64,000 nt of DNA, taken from contig CAZUOM010000001.1 of the NCBI GenBank assembly GCA_964621305.1, forward strand, positions 165,448-229,447. Direction: 5' to 3'. The stretch comes from an uncultured Gammaproteobacteria bacterium. GTDB taxonomy: Bacteria; Patescibacteriota; Microgenomatia; UBA10105; UBA927. The notes under the pieces are model-generated. The model was not told the DNA's origin. It made no database searches and saw only the letters and a list, made by a program, of their open reading frames with translations. Position numbers and translations under genes: made by a program. Shown here piece by piece: positions 9,029-21,100 of this stretch (its first letter is position 1; each line of letters starts with the position of its first letter).

Positions 9029-9982
9029 TTACCGTATTGTGTACACCGGAATTTCTAATAAGCGCTCCATAATGGCATTCTCCCCTACAAACTGTTTTGA
9101 GGGAATCTCTTTTCGTTGAATCTTTTCTACAAGCGCCTGGGTGGACAACTCTGGGATGTCTTCGCATTCAAAAAGTATCGTCTGTTCTGGAGCTTCTTGG
9201 GGAAACACCACCAGTCCGCGACGGAGGAATGGATCGGCCTGGCGTGGAACTAGAAAATCACTGACAACCCTCTCACCAGTCGGTTTCATATCATAAATAG
9301 GCTTAAACCCCCGAAACCAAAGATAGTGGAGGAAGGGGCTGTCTGGATAGACGAGAATGCGTCTGGGTTTCTTTTCTGAATAATCAACAGCAACCTGAGG
9401 CGTCCGTTTTGTCACACTACTAAGCTTAATTGCCTCCACAGCCGACAATGGGATAGTCAGTGGCATGCGGCTACGATGGAGAACAAGCGCCAAAAGCACC
9501 CCTTTTCCTCTCCGGTAGGGAAAAAGTTCCGTTGGTGCCAGAGAGACAGAGCGATATGGGACATCTTCAGCTCCCAAATCGTACCCCCGCATAAACTCCC
9601 CATAGGGAAGAGGGAGGATAAAAAGTGACGGTTTTTCCATCCCAAGCGCTGCTACTAAAGCATGGTATTGCTTGAGTCGATTGAGAGTCATTTTGATACG
9701 AATGTTAGGGTTATTCTTCAAGAATAAAAGGCCTGATCGGTCGATAAAAACTTCTACGGAAGAAACCAAATTGGGAAAAAGGGTGATTGCCGAAGCCAAG
9801 ATATCGTTTGCCTTCACAACATGGGAATTTCGGGAGTATTCATCCGGATTCGTCCGGGCCTGTTCGATCGCAGCGTTGAGCACTCCATTGAGGCCAGCGA
9901 TTCCATCGGATGCAACAATCTTTAGATATTCTCCATCATGGATCAATCTCTGGTAGAATCGATACAGATCAATCGTGATCAT
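9029..9982 (-). CDS. Hypothetical protein; frame stays open upstream to about 10150 (possible CTG start)
   Basis: 317 aa ORF; upstream codons open to a CTG lying just after TGGTATAAT on the minus strand. Confidence 0.65.
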   Translation of the reverse strand: MITIDLYRFYQRLIHDGEYLKIVASDGIAGLNGVLNAAIEQARTNPDEYSRNSHVVKANDILASAITLFPNLVSSVEVFIDRSGLLFLKNNPNIRIKMTLNRLKQYHALVAALGMEKPSLFILPLPYGEFMRGYDLGAEDVPYRSVSLAPTELFPYRRGKGVLLALVLHRSRMPLTIPLSAVEAIKLSSVTKRTPQVAVDYSEKKPRRILVYPDSPFLHYLWFRGFKPIYDMKPTGERVVSDFLVPRQADPFLRRGLVVFPQEAPEQTILFECEDIPELSTQALVEKIQRKEIPSKQFVGENAIMERLLEIPVYTIR

Positions 9983-10206
9983 GGTATCGGAATCAAGCCC
10001 AATGGCGACCTCACCTTTCTCTATGCGTAAAGGGTCGATAGGACCACCATGGCCATAAGCACGACGAAAAAGCGCCCATCGCAGCTGATAGGCTTTGATC
10101 GAAGAACTAATCGCCGAATCACCGGCTTCTGTTAGAGAAGGAATTTCGCCCAGAGGGTGAATTATACCACTTGGCGAAAGCAGCGTAAATCTATTATAAT
10201 ACCTCC

Positions 10207-10380
10207 ATGGCTACCAAATCACAACGCGAACTCTTTGCCCTCGTTTGTTCTGTCTGCAAACGTCAGAATTATGTGAAGAAGAAAAACAAGCTGAATACGC
10301 CAGATAAACTCCTCCTGAAAAAGTATTGCGCGGGATGCAAAAAACACACGGAACACCGAGAATCCAACAAGCTGGATTAA
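10207..10380 (+). CDS. rpmG: 50S ribosomal protein L33 (zinc-ribbon type), missing from the ORF track
   Basis: MATKSQRELFALVCSVCKRQNY...KLLLKKYCAGCKKHTEHRE, 57 aa; TATAAT 6 nt before ATG. Confidence 0.95.
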   Translation: MATKSQRELFALVCSVCKRQNYVKKKNKLNTPDKLLLKKYCAGCKKHTEHRESNKLD

Positions 10381-10385
10381 AAGAG

Positions 10386-10815
10386 GCTTAGAAGCTTAGT
10401 TATTTAGAAGCTTAGAGCTTATGACTTCTTTCAATTTCGAAGGGCTTACGGTCTATCAACGCTCCTTGGTATTCTCACAAAGAATTTTTGAAATATCCCG
10501 GGATTGGCCGAAAGAATACCTCTTTGGGTTAACGGATCAATTACGGCGTGCGTCATTATCCATTCCTTTAAATATTGCTGAGGGAAGCAGTAGGACAAAA
10601 AAAGATTTTAGACATTTTTTGATTATTTCTCGAGGGTCTTGTTTTGAATCCATTCCTCTGATAAAACTGGCACATTCTTTAAAACTCCTTACTTCAATCG
10701 AGGAACAAACTTTGTATAATGAACTGAACGAGATAGCTCGTATGCTTAGTGGTCTTCGGTCATCTCTCGGGAGTATCTAACCAAGCTACTAAGCATCTCT
10801 AAGCCACTAAGCATC
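10386..10815. repeat. GCTTAG repeats upstream and CTAAGC repeats downstream bracketing the four-helix-bundle gene
   Basis: 10386-10420 GCTTAG units; 10777-10815 reverse-complement CTAAGC units. Confidence 0.8.
10421..10780 (+). CDS. Four helix bundle protein (23S rRNA IVP / Avd-like family)
   Basis: FEGLTVYQRS...WPKEYLFGLTDQLRRASLSIPLNIAEG...HFLIISRGSCFE signature. Confidence 0.93.
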   Translation: MTSFNFEGLTVYQRSLVFSQRIFEISRDWPKEYLFGLTDQLRRASLSIPLNIAEGSSRTKKDFRHFLIISRGSCFESIPLIKLAHSLKLLTSIEEQTLYNELNEIARMLSGLRSSLGSI

Positions 10816-10823
10816 TTTTAACC

Positions 10824-11339
10824 ATGCATCGCAATACCTACCTGCTCCTGATACTGCTTACGATCTTTGCCGCAATCGTGGCCGGTGTGAATATTGCCAA
10901 ACCGCAATCGGGTGAACCAAACCAAATAAATCTCCCAGAGACCGCCCAGCCCACACCGACTCCCCGACCGACCGTGTATAACTTAGGCAGCTGCGGCATA
11001 TCACTGATCGTGCCACCAAACTATACTACCATCGACGGTCCGGAAAGTACCGTGGTCTTAACCGGACCATCTGCCGGCGACACCATCATCGTCACCTGCC
11101 AAAAAAATATCCCGCGTCCCCCACTGCCAGCGGCGAAAATCGAACGGCTCGTCTTTGACATTGCCGAGCCGCCCGGTGCAAGTATTACCGCCACTCTCTA
11201 CCACGACGTTTCTTCCCGTGACGCGACGCCGGTCGACAAGTTAATATTTAGAAACCCCAAAAACGGCCTGGATATCTTCGTCTCCGGCACTGGGGAAGGC
11301 TTCCAATCCCTCATCAGAAACCTGAGCATCCTCCAATAA
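10824..11339 (+). CDS. Membrane-anchored hypothetical protein
   Basis: N-terminal TM, PTPTP linker, 171 aa. Confidence 0.75.
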   Translation: MHRNTYLLLILLTIFAAIVAGVNIAKPQSGEPNQINLPETAQPTPTPRPTVYNLGSCGISLIVPPNYTTIDGPESTVVLTGPSAGDTIIVTCQKNIPRPPLPAAKIERLVFDIAEPPGASITATLYHDVSSRDATPVDKLIFRNPKNGLDIFVSGTGEGFQSLIRNLSILQ

Positions 11340-11377
11340 TTACATCAAATACTCATCAATGATATAATTATGAAGTT

Positions 11378-11448
11378 AGGGCTGTGATGAAATGGTATCA
11401 TGGCGCTCTCCAAAAGCGCTCTTCCCCGTCCGAGTCGGGGCAGCCCTG
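11378..11448 (+). tRNA. tRNA-Trp(CCA)
   Basis: AGGGCTG/CAGCCCT acceptor, GCGCT-CTCCAAA-AGCGC anticodon arm, CCCCG-TCCGAGT-CGGGG T arm. Confidence 0.93.
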
Positions 11449-11486
11449 CAAAATTACTACAAAAACTCAGGTTGCACCTAATTTTT

Positions 11487-12113
11487 TCAGTGACGGGATA
11501 AGGAAGCCTGTGACAATGTTCTGTAGACCCATACGGAAGCAAGAGCAACAAGGGGAATTGTCACAAAAATTCCAACGATAAATATCAATATTCCTAGAAG
11601 AGAAACCAGGAAAACCAATATATTAAAAAGCAATGTATTCACTGTTGACCTTTTCGTTATCCGCCAGCTCTCTTTAAGAGCCGCAACAGGGCCGACTCCT
11701 TTGTCCACTAATACATAGGTCCAAAACTGCAGCCTTACGCTGAGGATAACGCCAGGAACGACAAACAATAATAAACCAACCAGCACCGCGCAGCCGTATA
11801 ACAGCGAACCGATGACATACGGAATAATTTTTTTCCGATGAACAAAAAGTTCTGGATAGCCCACTGTACTGCCTCCAGCTATTGCCAAATAGATGGTCAG
11901 CGTGCCGATGGTCACCATTGTTTGAAACAGAAAAAGCAACGCAAAGCCTGTGATGGAAACCCACCAGGGCAGGTTCTCAATACTATTGAGGAGGTAAATA
12001 GGTACGTTCTGAATTAATACAATGAGCAAAGTCAGAACAATGAGAAACTTTTTTTGTGCTTTAAATGTCGACCAGCCAAAACGGAAAGACTCAGTGATAG
12101 AAAAAGAAGCCAT
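11487..12113 (-). CDS. Integral membrane protein (DUF975-like)
   Basis: GLLLFVVPGVILSVRL...ALKESWRITK pattern; several TM helices. Confidence 0.8.
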   Translation of the reverse strand: MASFSITESFRFGWSTFKAQKKFLIVLTLLIVLIQNVPIYLLNSIENLPWWVSITGFALLFLFQTMVTIGTLTIYLAIAGGSTVGYPELFVHRKKIIPYVIGSLLYGCAVLVGLLLFVVPGVILSVRLQFWTYVLVDKGVGPVAALKESWRITKRSTVNTLLFNILVFLVSLLGILIFIVGIFVTIPLVALASVWVYRTLSQASLSRH

Positions 12114-12152
12114 ATATTATTTTTATAGATCCAACGCCTAGCAAAGTCAAGC

Positions 12153-15100
12153 TCACCGTTTGGTTCCCGAAACCGGAGTGACATCGGGGAATAGGAGGTT
12201 TTTCAAGTCCTTTTGTGTATAGCGCTGCTCTATCAATTTAAATTCGTTATCTGATGTCATCATGAGGGTACGCAAACGAGCCGCGTTACCTAAAACGTCG
12301 GCGACGTAGACGCCAGCTTCATTGGCAAAACGAATCCCGATCGTTTCCCCAAAAAGAAATTTTGACGAGTATAATAAGTGTTCAGATTTTGATATATGTT
12401 CCCATTTAATCTGACTTTTATCAATAGTCCTACAGGTACTTTTTTCTGTTTTCAAACAGGAGGCCACTGCTCTATCGATCAATTTGCCTTTATTGTATCT
12501 GCCTACAGTAAGGGCCCACTGCGTAGCTTCGGAAAATTCCGGAGCCACGGATGAAGCGATATAATTTTTGATCCACGCCATATACATGGATCCTATGAGA
12601 ATGTTTGCCGTGGGATCTCTCTTCCAATAGTCTTTTTGTTCCACAAGACGTTTATGCACTCTGGCTACTTCCAAGCGCTGCGGTCCCTCTGGCATGTTGC
12701 TGATAAACTCTGGAAGCCTGCGAGTCATATCACCTGCAGCATCCTGCCCTATTTGCATGAGGCCGAAGTATCCATTTCCATGAACATATCTGCCAAAGAG
12801 CGATTCACGATGGATCTGGGCCATAAGAATTTCCGGCGGAATACCAAAAAGATCTGCTATCTGGATGATGCCGAGCGTCTCGGACATCGTTCCCAGGCCT
12901 GCCTGGGGATAAAGTTTAGTAAGCAAAGCAACTAGGTCCTGATGCCGTTGGTTGATATCTGGGAGTGACCTCTTTGGAGATGGAGCAAAGACTTTGGGCA
13001 TTAGATGAGGCCGCGTTAATCGAATGACTTCTTCATCCCTGTGGTGGGTAGGCGACGGGTCTATCGGGATAAAGTTTGCGCAAAGCCGCTGATGTAAAGG
13101 TTCACGCGCGTCCCAGCAAAAAGCTAAAGCAACGAAGCTCCCTGGCACAATCCGTAGCAGTATCATCCGGACAGGTGTATTGCCATTTCCGGCTTGCTCT
13201 ACTACTTCTGTCAAATGCGTGGCGAAGTATATTGACCGGGCAATAGCGCATACGATACTTTTTCCAATGCTTTGGCCTTCCCCGCTAGCCGATGTTCCGG
13301 CAGCATGGACTTTTGATATCAGGAATGCTCTGCCTGAACAATCATCTTGCAAGCGTGATAGATTCTGCAAACCATGCCACATCGTATTAATTGTCCGAGA
13401 AAACATGTAGCCGGCTAGCGGCATCTGCCAAAAATCCCACTGGGGATTGAAAAACGAGATCACAGCGCCTGCAGCCGGCAGCGCCACGTCCATCCAGTTA
13501 CGCACCTTCCCCTCTGCATCGGAGATGCCTTTATCCGGATGCAAAAACTCGGGTGTCCCAAATCTTAGTACGTCTTTTGCAAATGAAACCACCTGACGCG
13601 CAATGGAAAACAGATTGACCGGAATAACCTTGGCATCTCCAATCATCTGACCGACCCGCCCAAATGAAGCGTGATACCAGAGGCGGGCAATACCATACCC
13701 CCCTATTGGCCCCCACGTCTGGAATACGTCAATATCTGCCGGATTAGGGGCGATTCCGCCGGCCTGGATGGCTAAGGGGATTGCAAAAAGACCGAGAACT
13801 TCAAAAAACGTCGCCGTAGCCCTCTGCCGCAGCGAGATTGACGGATCGGCCGGATCTGCCCGCCAGGGGGTGGCCGCGCCGGGGAGGACAAAAAGGGCAG
13901 TATTTGCGGCAAAATGCGCCGCGCGGCCGATTGTATCAAGAATCAGTGCTGGCATCGTCGCGCACGGATCTCCCCTCTGACCGTCATCCTGGGCCAAAGC
14001 GCGTGGCACAAGCTGCAGCGATAGACACGGCTGCCGCCACGTCTTCGGCTGGCTTGATGGAACCGATAGTCTTACCGACATGACATTAGCGACCGCATAC
14101 GACAGCCTCGTTAAATCATCGTCATGCGCTTTGACCTGTTCCTGAAGAGTCGTCTTTGCCAATCCGCGGGCTAAGCGCAGGGCTGCCAGATACTTCCGCT
14201 GCGCATCGCCGATACGACCGGCTGCAGCAAGCCCATCAGCGGTTGCAAGCTGCTGGGAAAGTTGGGCTACGCCAAAAGCAATCATATTTTTCTTCCTTTG
14301 CAACAGAAAATTTGTTAACTGGTTACCAAGATGATCTTTTATATATGATGCCGTTGATCTAGATAGCGCAAGCATTTCTACCATCTTTCCCTGTCTGCCG
14401 AGGTCCTTGATATTGCCTGCGGCTGCAAACACGACGCGGAGAAATGAACTGCACACCGAACAGCTAGTTTTATCGGCCGCAACAGCCGCAACCGCCGCTA
14501 CCGGAAGGACCTGATTGTACGGAATATGATGAAAAAGTGTCATTGCAGCCGCGTATTTCATGGCATCGGCAAACATTCCTATTGACTGGTGAGTAAATCC
14601 GGACGAATGCGTCACAATGATACCTCCAGGCTTTCCACCAAGTGGCAGGAGATGTATTGCTTCTGGTTCAAGCGCGTGTCCTTCCTCATGCGTTAAAGTG
14701 CCATGCGCTCTTCCCAGGTCTCTGGCTAATGAACGATTTAGATACACCTCGTCACCATTAAATGCTCCGGCAAACGATACACTTTCGTTGACTAAAAACA
14801 CGCGCCGGTAACCAAGAGGTGCGTAGTTGTGGAGGGCAATTGCCAATAGAAAAAACTCATCCGGTGTTTTCGGCTCCACGACAAAATCCTGAGGATGGCG
14901 CATCTGCTCATGTCCTGTTTCAATGCCCGCCGCCATAGTCACGCGAGCTTCAAAATTTGGAATGTCCTGCTTGTTGGGGACTTCTGTTTTTTTCACGCCG
15001 AATTTCTTGCGCATCTCTTCAGCACGTTGACTTGCTTCTTTGCGTGCCCCAAGGACTGCAATTCTGCGGCCAAAAAGGCTTTCTGTAGTCAATTCCCCAC

Positions 15101-18100
15101 GACGGGACACTGATACATTCACTAAGGTCATAAGCGGAATATGCGCATCAGCATACGGCGCAGCACCCGTGGTTGTTTCAAGATATTTCATGAGCTGACT
15201 ATTGCTGATTCCGGCATAGTCGGCGGCATTGATTTTCGTTTTGAGTTCGATGAGCTCAGCGCTGTAGTGATTTTCCATTACCCTCCAGTAATCATCATTC
15301 TGATCCCAATCCGTGGGAAGGCCATAAAAGGTAAACTCCGGATTGGTTTGCGTCAGAGCCTTGTATGCTAGAGCTTTGTAAAATTCTATGGCTATGTACT
15401 TTTGAATCGTGGGTAGGTAGTCTTCTTCATGGGCAAATGACGTACGGCCCTGGATAAGTGGGAGCGGGATCTGAATCACAAGCCCAAGCTCATCAATTAG
15501 CGGCCAGAGCGTTTTTGGTATCAATGCTTTGTAACTATCCGGTATATCCGACACTTTTCTCCCGCCGGCGTCAACCACTTTGGAAAATAATCCTTTTGTT
15601 TGCGTCATCCGGAGGAGTCCGAAATTATTTAGCGGTACCTCAGTGAGTTTCTCCGTGTTCTTCATGTCATAGATTGCCTCTTTGGCCCCTTTCTCATTGA
15701 TGAGCGAAATAGCGAAGCGATCTGTTTGGGCCATGGCAGTGTTTTCCCGCCAGGATTCAACCGCCAGATACTGGTCCAGTTCAGCGATGGTCCGGTCGGC
15801 GTTTCTGATGCGTCTCACCAACAGGCCCTGTTTGACCCGGCTGTCCCTGATCCGGCGGACACCCGTTACTCTGCGGCCTACATACCTTCCGTTTTTATCC
15901 CGGTCAACAGTAACTGTAAATTGATAGGCGAGCTTACCGTTGTTGTTAACAAACTCAACCCGGTCGACGCCTTCGTAGTAACTGTCTAGTCCGCTGCCGA
16001 AAAACCCACCACTGGCTTCCTGCAAACCTTTCTTCTTGGTTGATTTCCGAAGCAGTAGCACCAGCTCCTTATCCGCACCAGTGCCGTCATCATAAAATTC
16101 CTCTACAGACTCTTTCCCAAGCGGCCCGTCCTCTAGATAATAGGCAATGGTCAACTCTCCCCGTGAATTGTCTACGGTTGCATCCTGGGCGTTTTGGACT
16201 GCTTCCGTCGTGTAGGTTCCCGGCGGCCGCTTGGTACGGGCTTCAACAGCCAGCCGTTCCTCCCCTTCTGGATCTTTCGGCGGGAGACTGTCAATATCGC
16301 TAAAAAGCTCTTCCGTGTCCATGACTTCGTTGCCCTGCTTATTAGTGCGGTTGGCATTTTTAGCAATCAACTGGGTCAGGTAAGCGCCGTCTTGCGGCAG
16401 AGCTATTTCACTACCCTCATACACCAGCCTCTCGCGGGTAGGTAGTTCAGGCACGCGGTTGGTCAAAAATATAGCAAAACCGCGGGCTGGGCCGAGCTTA
16501 TTGTCCGGCTGTGGGGCGCGGACAAAGTCGGCGAGTTCTGCTGACGAAGGTTTGTTTAATGCAGTTGCCATCTGACGAAAGTAATCATCGCGAACTTGTG
16601 GGTCTTTCGTCGTAATTTTGCCTAGTTGATCTAAGATCACCCCAAGTTTTTCCGCTCCACCGGCATCAACAGCCGCATCCCACATCCTCACAAGCTTCTC
16701 CCGGGCTCCCGCTGTGTTATTTACAGCTTCCCGGTAACTGTTGAGAAAATTTGATAAAGTCGGCAGAAGCGTCGCATGCTGAGCAGATTTCACCTGCCAA
16801 CCAAGGGCAAGCACCTCCAGCATCGCTTCGTTCCACCCGTCCACAGGTATTGCCGGATCAGCGACAAGAGAAACAAGGGACGAAAAGAGATTGACTATAT
16901 AGTTTTTTCGGACCGCGGCGCTTTCCTGATGAAGAAGCGGGCCGACCCGATCCATATGGGCTTTCGCTAGATCCGTCATTCGACGAAATCTTGGTGCTAT
17001 GTTATCGAAGGGCAACTGTGTGGTTGTATCTAATTGACCTCCTTGGACATGCGCGGTGAAGCGCCTCCGGAACTCTGCATCTTCGGCTTGATAAAGTTGA
17101 CTAAGAGTTGAAGTAATTTTTTGTTCAATATTACCACGGTATTCTTCTGGAGCAGCATCAAGGAGGGGTTGATATCCGGAACGAATCAGGGCTATCCGGT
17201 CATTTCGCTTGGAAAGAACTTCGGATTTCCATGTATCGTAGAGCTTCTGTTTTGCGGCAATATCCGCTTCGTTTTGCGCTGGAAACCTCTGCCGTTGAAC
17301 CAAAAGTGCTGCCGGATTGACAAATCGTACATCATTGGGATCCGACTCGGATGCAAGCACAAAAGTGTCACCGTTTGCCTCCATCAGGGAATAACCGCCG
17401 GGAATACTTGGTGCTATTACGTTTTCGGGTCCGGTTGTATTTTGCACGCGCCATCCGCCAAGCGTCCTCATCAAGGAATATTTGCCGTCGACAGTAATAT
17501 ATTCCTCCCCACTAGCAAGATTTCCCTTGCCTACGTACACAATCTGCGCACGTCCGTATGGGGCGGCTCTGTTGCGACCAAACCACTCATCCGGTTCAGA
17601 GGTTGGTAATCTGGTCAAACCAACCGTATCCCACCAACCGGCAATGAAGTTTGTCTCACTCCCTGATAAAAGATCAACAAGCCTGGTTTCTGGCCCGGAT
17701 GATTTTTCCACTTGTTCAACTACATAATCGCCCTCCAGGCGAAAGTTAAGTCTAGCACCAAATGTTGGCGGGTTTGAAGAGTACGTCAGACTCAATTCTG
17801 ACGATGGGCTTCGAACGACTCGATCAGAGCTTCTATCCCAAATAGATTTCTGGTCTTTATCATACCGCTCCCAGAAACGTGGAAGCATGTCGCTTGCCAG
17901 AAATTTGTTCAAATTCTTGAAGGTATATACATCTTTCCGGGTACCGTCCTGGCGGGAGAATTTAGCCACTTGATAACTCGGCCCTGATCCTATTTCAACT
18001 ACAACATAGTCATGCTCGTCGTCAGATGAAACAAATATATTATCCATTTCTATCCCAACGTTTTCCCCATCGATTTTCGAAATGCTAACGGAAACCCCAC

Positions 18101-21100
18101 TGGGCAAACTGTTTTTACCGATGATAAATTTACCTGTCGAATCTATTTCTATGTGGTCGGCAGGATTTGCCGGTGTCCAAGCGACGTAATCTTTTTTATC
18201 CAACGAAAACAGCGCATACTTGCCGCTCTTAAGCTTTACGATCACGACATCTGCGTATGTGTGAACGCTGTAGGAGTCAATAGCACCCATGTCGCCAATT
18301 CGATCTTGAAGAATAAAATTGTTGGAGTTATTAAATACAAGCTCACTTTTATCATTAACATATACTATATATTTCCCGCTAGCTGAAAGTTCGATACGGG
18401 AGTCACTAGCGACACTGCCCATATTGGTAGTAAGATCCTGTTTAATATCATGAAGCAATACTGCTTTATGTCTAATTCCCGTCCCGAAAATCCCACGGAA
18501 AAGCGCGACGTCTTCAGACACCCGTACGAGTTTGTAGCCGGGCTGAATTACTTCATCAACTACCGGAAGCGCCATAGACAAGGGTTTTGTATCATCGAAG
18601 GTCAAGAGACGCTGTTCACCGGTTTGCTTCTCTATGACGAAAAATGAATTCTTCCCCAGCCGTGTCACTTCGACATATTCCTTTCCAAACGGCTGTTTAT
18701 TATCCGTGTCAAACAGCCGATACGATCCGCTTCCGTCTTTTGTGATCACGAGCCGGTTGGGAGCAGTCGGCGGCCGGATAGTCGTGATGGCCGACTGATT
18801 AGCTGCATCTGCCTGAGCGGCTACTTCGGCCGCGGAGAGCAAGGCACTCGGATCGTCCGGCTTCATATACATTATAGCTCCGGTCGTGTGATTGGAAAAG
18901 ACAAAATACCTCCCGTCAAAGACAACGTTCGTCATGCCGGCTGCCGCCTTCAGTTCAACTTCCGGCGTGTTTTCTCCCAGGTCAACGAAGAAGAACCGAT
19001 CCAGTGCGCCTTTACGGACAAGGTAGCGCTTGTTGATATCCAACGCATACCCAAAGTCTCGACCAACAAAATTACCATTATTAACTTCAGTCAGTTTGCC
19101 ATCTCTATCGATAAAGATCGCATTTCTCTTCTCTGAATAGGAAACAATTGTTCCCTTGAAAAATGTGGTATTTATCTGCCCGGTCGACGGATTGATGGCA
19201 GTTAGTTTACTAGGATGGGACGAATCCATAATCAATCCCAGATTCGCGTCATAATATACATTTGCATCGCCTGTTTGTTGCAATGGTCCCAAGTCTCCAT
19301 AGGGTTTGGCCGGAAGCGAATGCGTGTTTATGTTGTTTGCGTCAAATAGATAAAAAATCACAACATAGTTATTGGTATAAAATAGTCTCAATAGTATTTT
19401 TATTCGAGGTTTCGTCCCAAACTGATTAACAAAAGCCCCGTTCTCCAATATCCAAATCTTTCCATCTTCATCAGTCACAAAGACATCTACCGATCCGTCA
19501 ATATAAAAAGTTGTTACCGCCTGTGTAATTGATTTGCGATTTGGCATTTGCCAAATTACGTCACGCCCAGACCCGATGAGATAGATGCCGACGCGGTCGT
19601 TTTTGTCAACTACTACCGCGTACGCGCCGCTGGAATCAACCCGGATATGTTTGCCTTCAATTTGCTGACCGTTCTTTAAGTCCCATAATATTATCCTGTC
19701 CCTATCCTGAAAAAGCATAACTGGCGCATGCGGGTGGATTCTCCAAACAGGCTCTTTCAACGAACTGACAGATGTATTAGTATTAAGGATACTTCCTGAA
19801 ACAGCATCTATAATAAACGTATGCTGATCTTTTGACGCAGTATCCTCAGTCTGATAGATCAGATATTTCCCGTCGCTAGTGAATTGAACAGAATTTTGAA
19901 TGACTTGTTCATTGACAACTGACGGAGCATTTGTTTTAAAATTATTGGTTAAAAAGTGCTTTTGCCCTGTTTTGGTGTTTACGGCAATCTTGTACCCGCG
20001 TCCATATACCCACTGTTGGTTGGAAGATACAAGAAGCTCCTCACCTTTTAAACTACCTGTCAAAACCTCTGCTACATATCCACGGATATGAAGTAATATT
20101 TCAGTATGCATTTTTTTATCTTTATATCTAAAATAGCCCTTCCCAATGGGTTTTACCCATTCAACGTTATCAACAGATTTTGCAGTACCACTAAAAAGAA
20201 TCGGCTTTTTGGTCTCCGCATGAATGAGGATCCCGTTCTGGATTGCTACAAGCATTGGCTGTTCCGCCAGTGCCGTTTCTCCTGCCGCCGCGTCTAGTGA
20301 AACGAACATGATGTCATCCGGCTTAGCCGGATCGAGGTAGGCGGCTTTCTTAGTATCGGAATTTGTAAAAACAAAGTACTTGCCATCAAAGATAACTTCT
20401 GGATAGTCTGTTTCTGAAAGACCGGGAAGCACACGCGGCGAAGGGCTAGCCGTATTAAGACGCATGAGTATATATTGTCCGTTGTCTCCCGGCGATGCAC
20501 GAACAAAGAACCCGCCAGCTTGTCCGTCCCAGGCGCCGGTGTATTGTTGCTGGCTCGTGCCGCCACCGACATTTGCCATCACGACCACATGAGGGCGACG
20601 CCAAACCAGAAGGGTATCCCCTATACTTCCCATCACGGCCACATCACCGAATTCTAGAGGTGCCGGATTTGTGCCGGGCAAAACGTGCGCGTGATACGCT
20701 CTCTTCACTGTTGGTATCCGCGTATCAATAATGAGCTTATTGTCCGCATCCAAATAAACCGTCCCATTCCCACGCTGTCCAAGAAGATCAAGTTCGTTAG
20801 GAGCTAACGAAATCCGAGTCCCGACACCTGGAAAAGAAAAATATCTAACGTCCGTCTCAGAAAAAGATACAGCAAATAGCGCATTTTTGTTTAAATAATC
20901 CAAAGCCGGATCCCCCGCAATAAAACCTTTCGCTGCATCGTTATACAAATAAAGCTTGCCGTCTTTTGGATTAATGCTTCCAACACCACTTAATCCACCA
21001 CTCCCAAAAAAGCTGATAACTGATTCTATCGGAGTACCATCAGGAAGCTGGGTATGAGAAACTCCGTCTGAACTAAGGACTGCTTTTATCTTGTCATTGT

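Noticed and set aside
10421-10780. Diversity-generating retroelement (Avd)
   Set aside because: No reverse transcriptase or TR/VR repeat pair seen in the window.
11420-11450. att-site duplication of the tRNA-Trp 3' end marking an integrated element
   Set aside because: No second copy or integrase noticed within the window.
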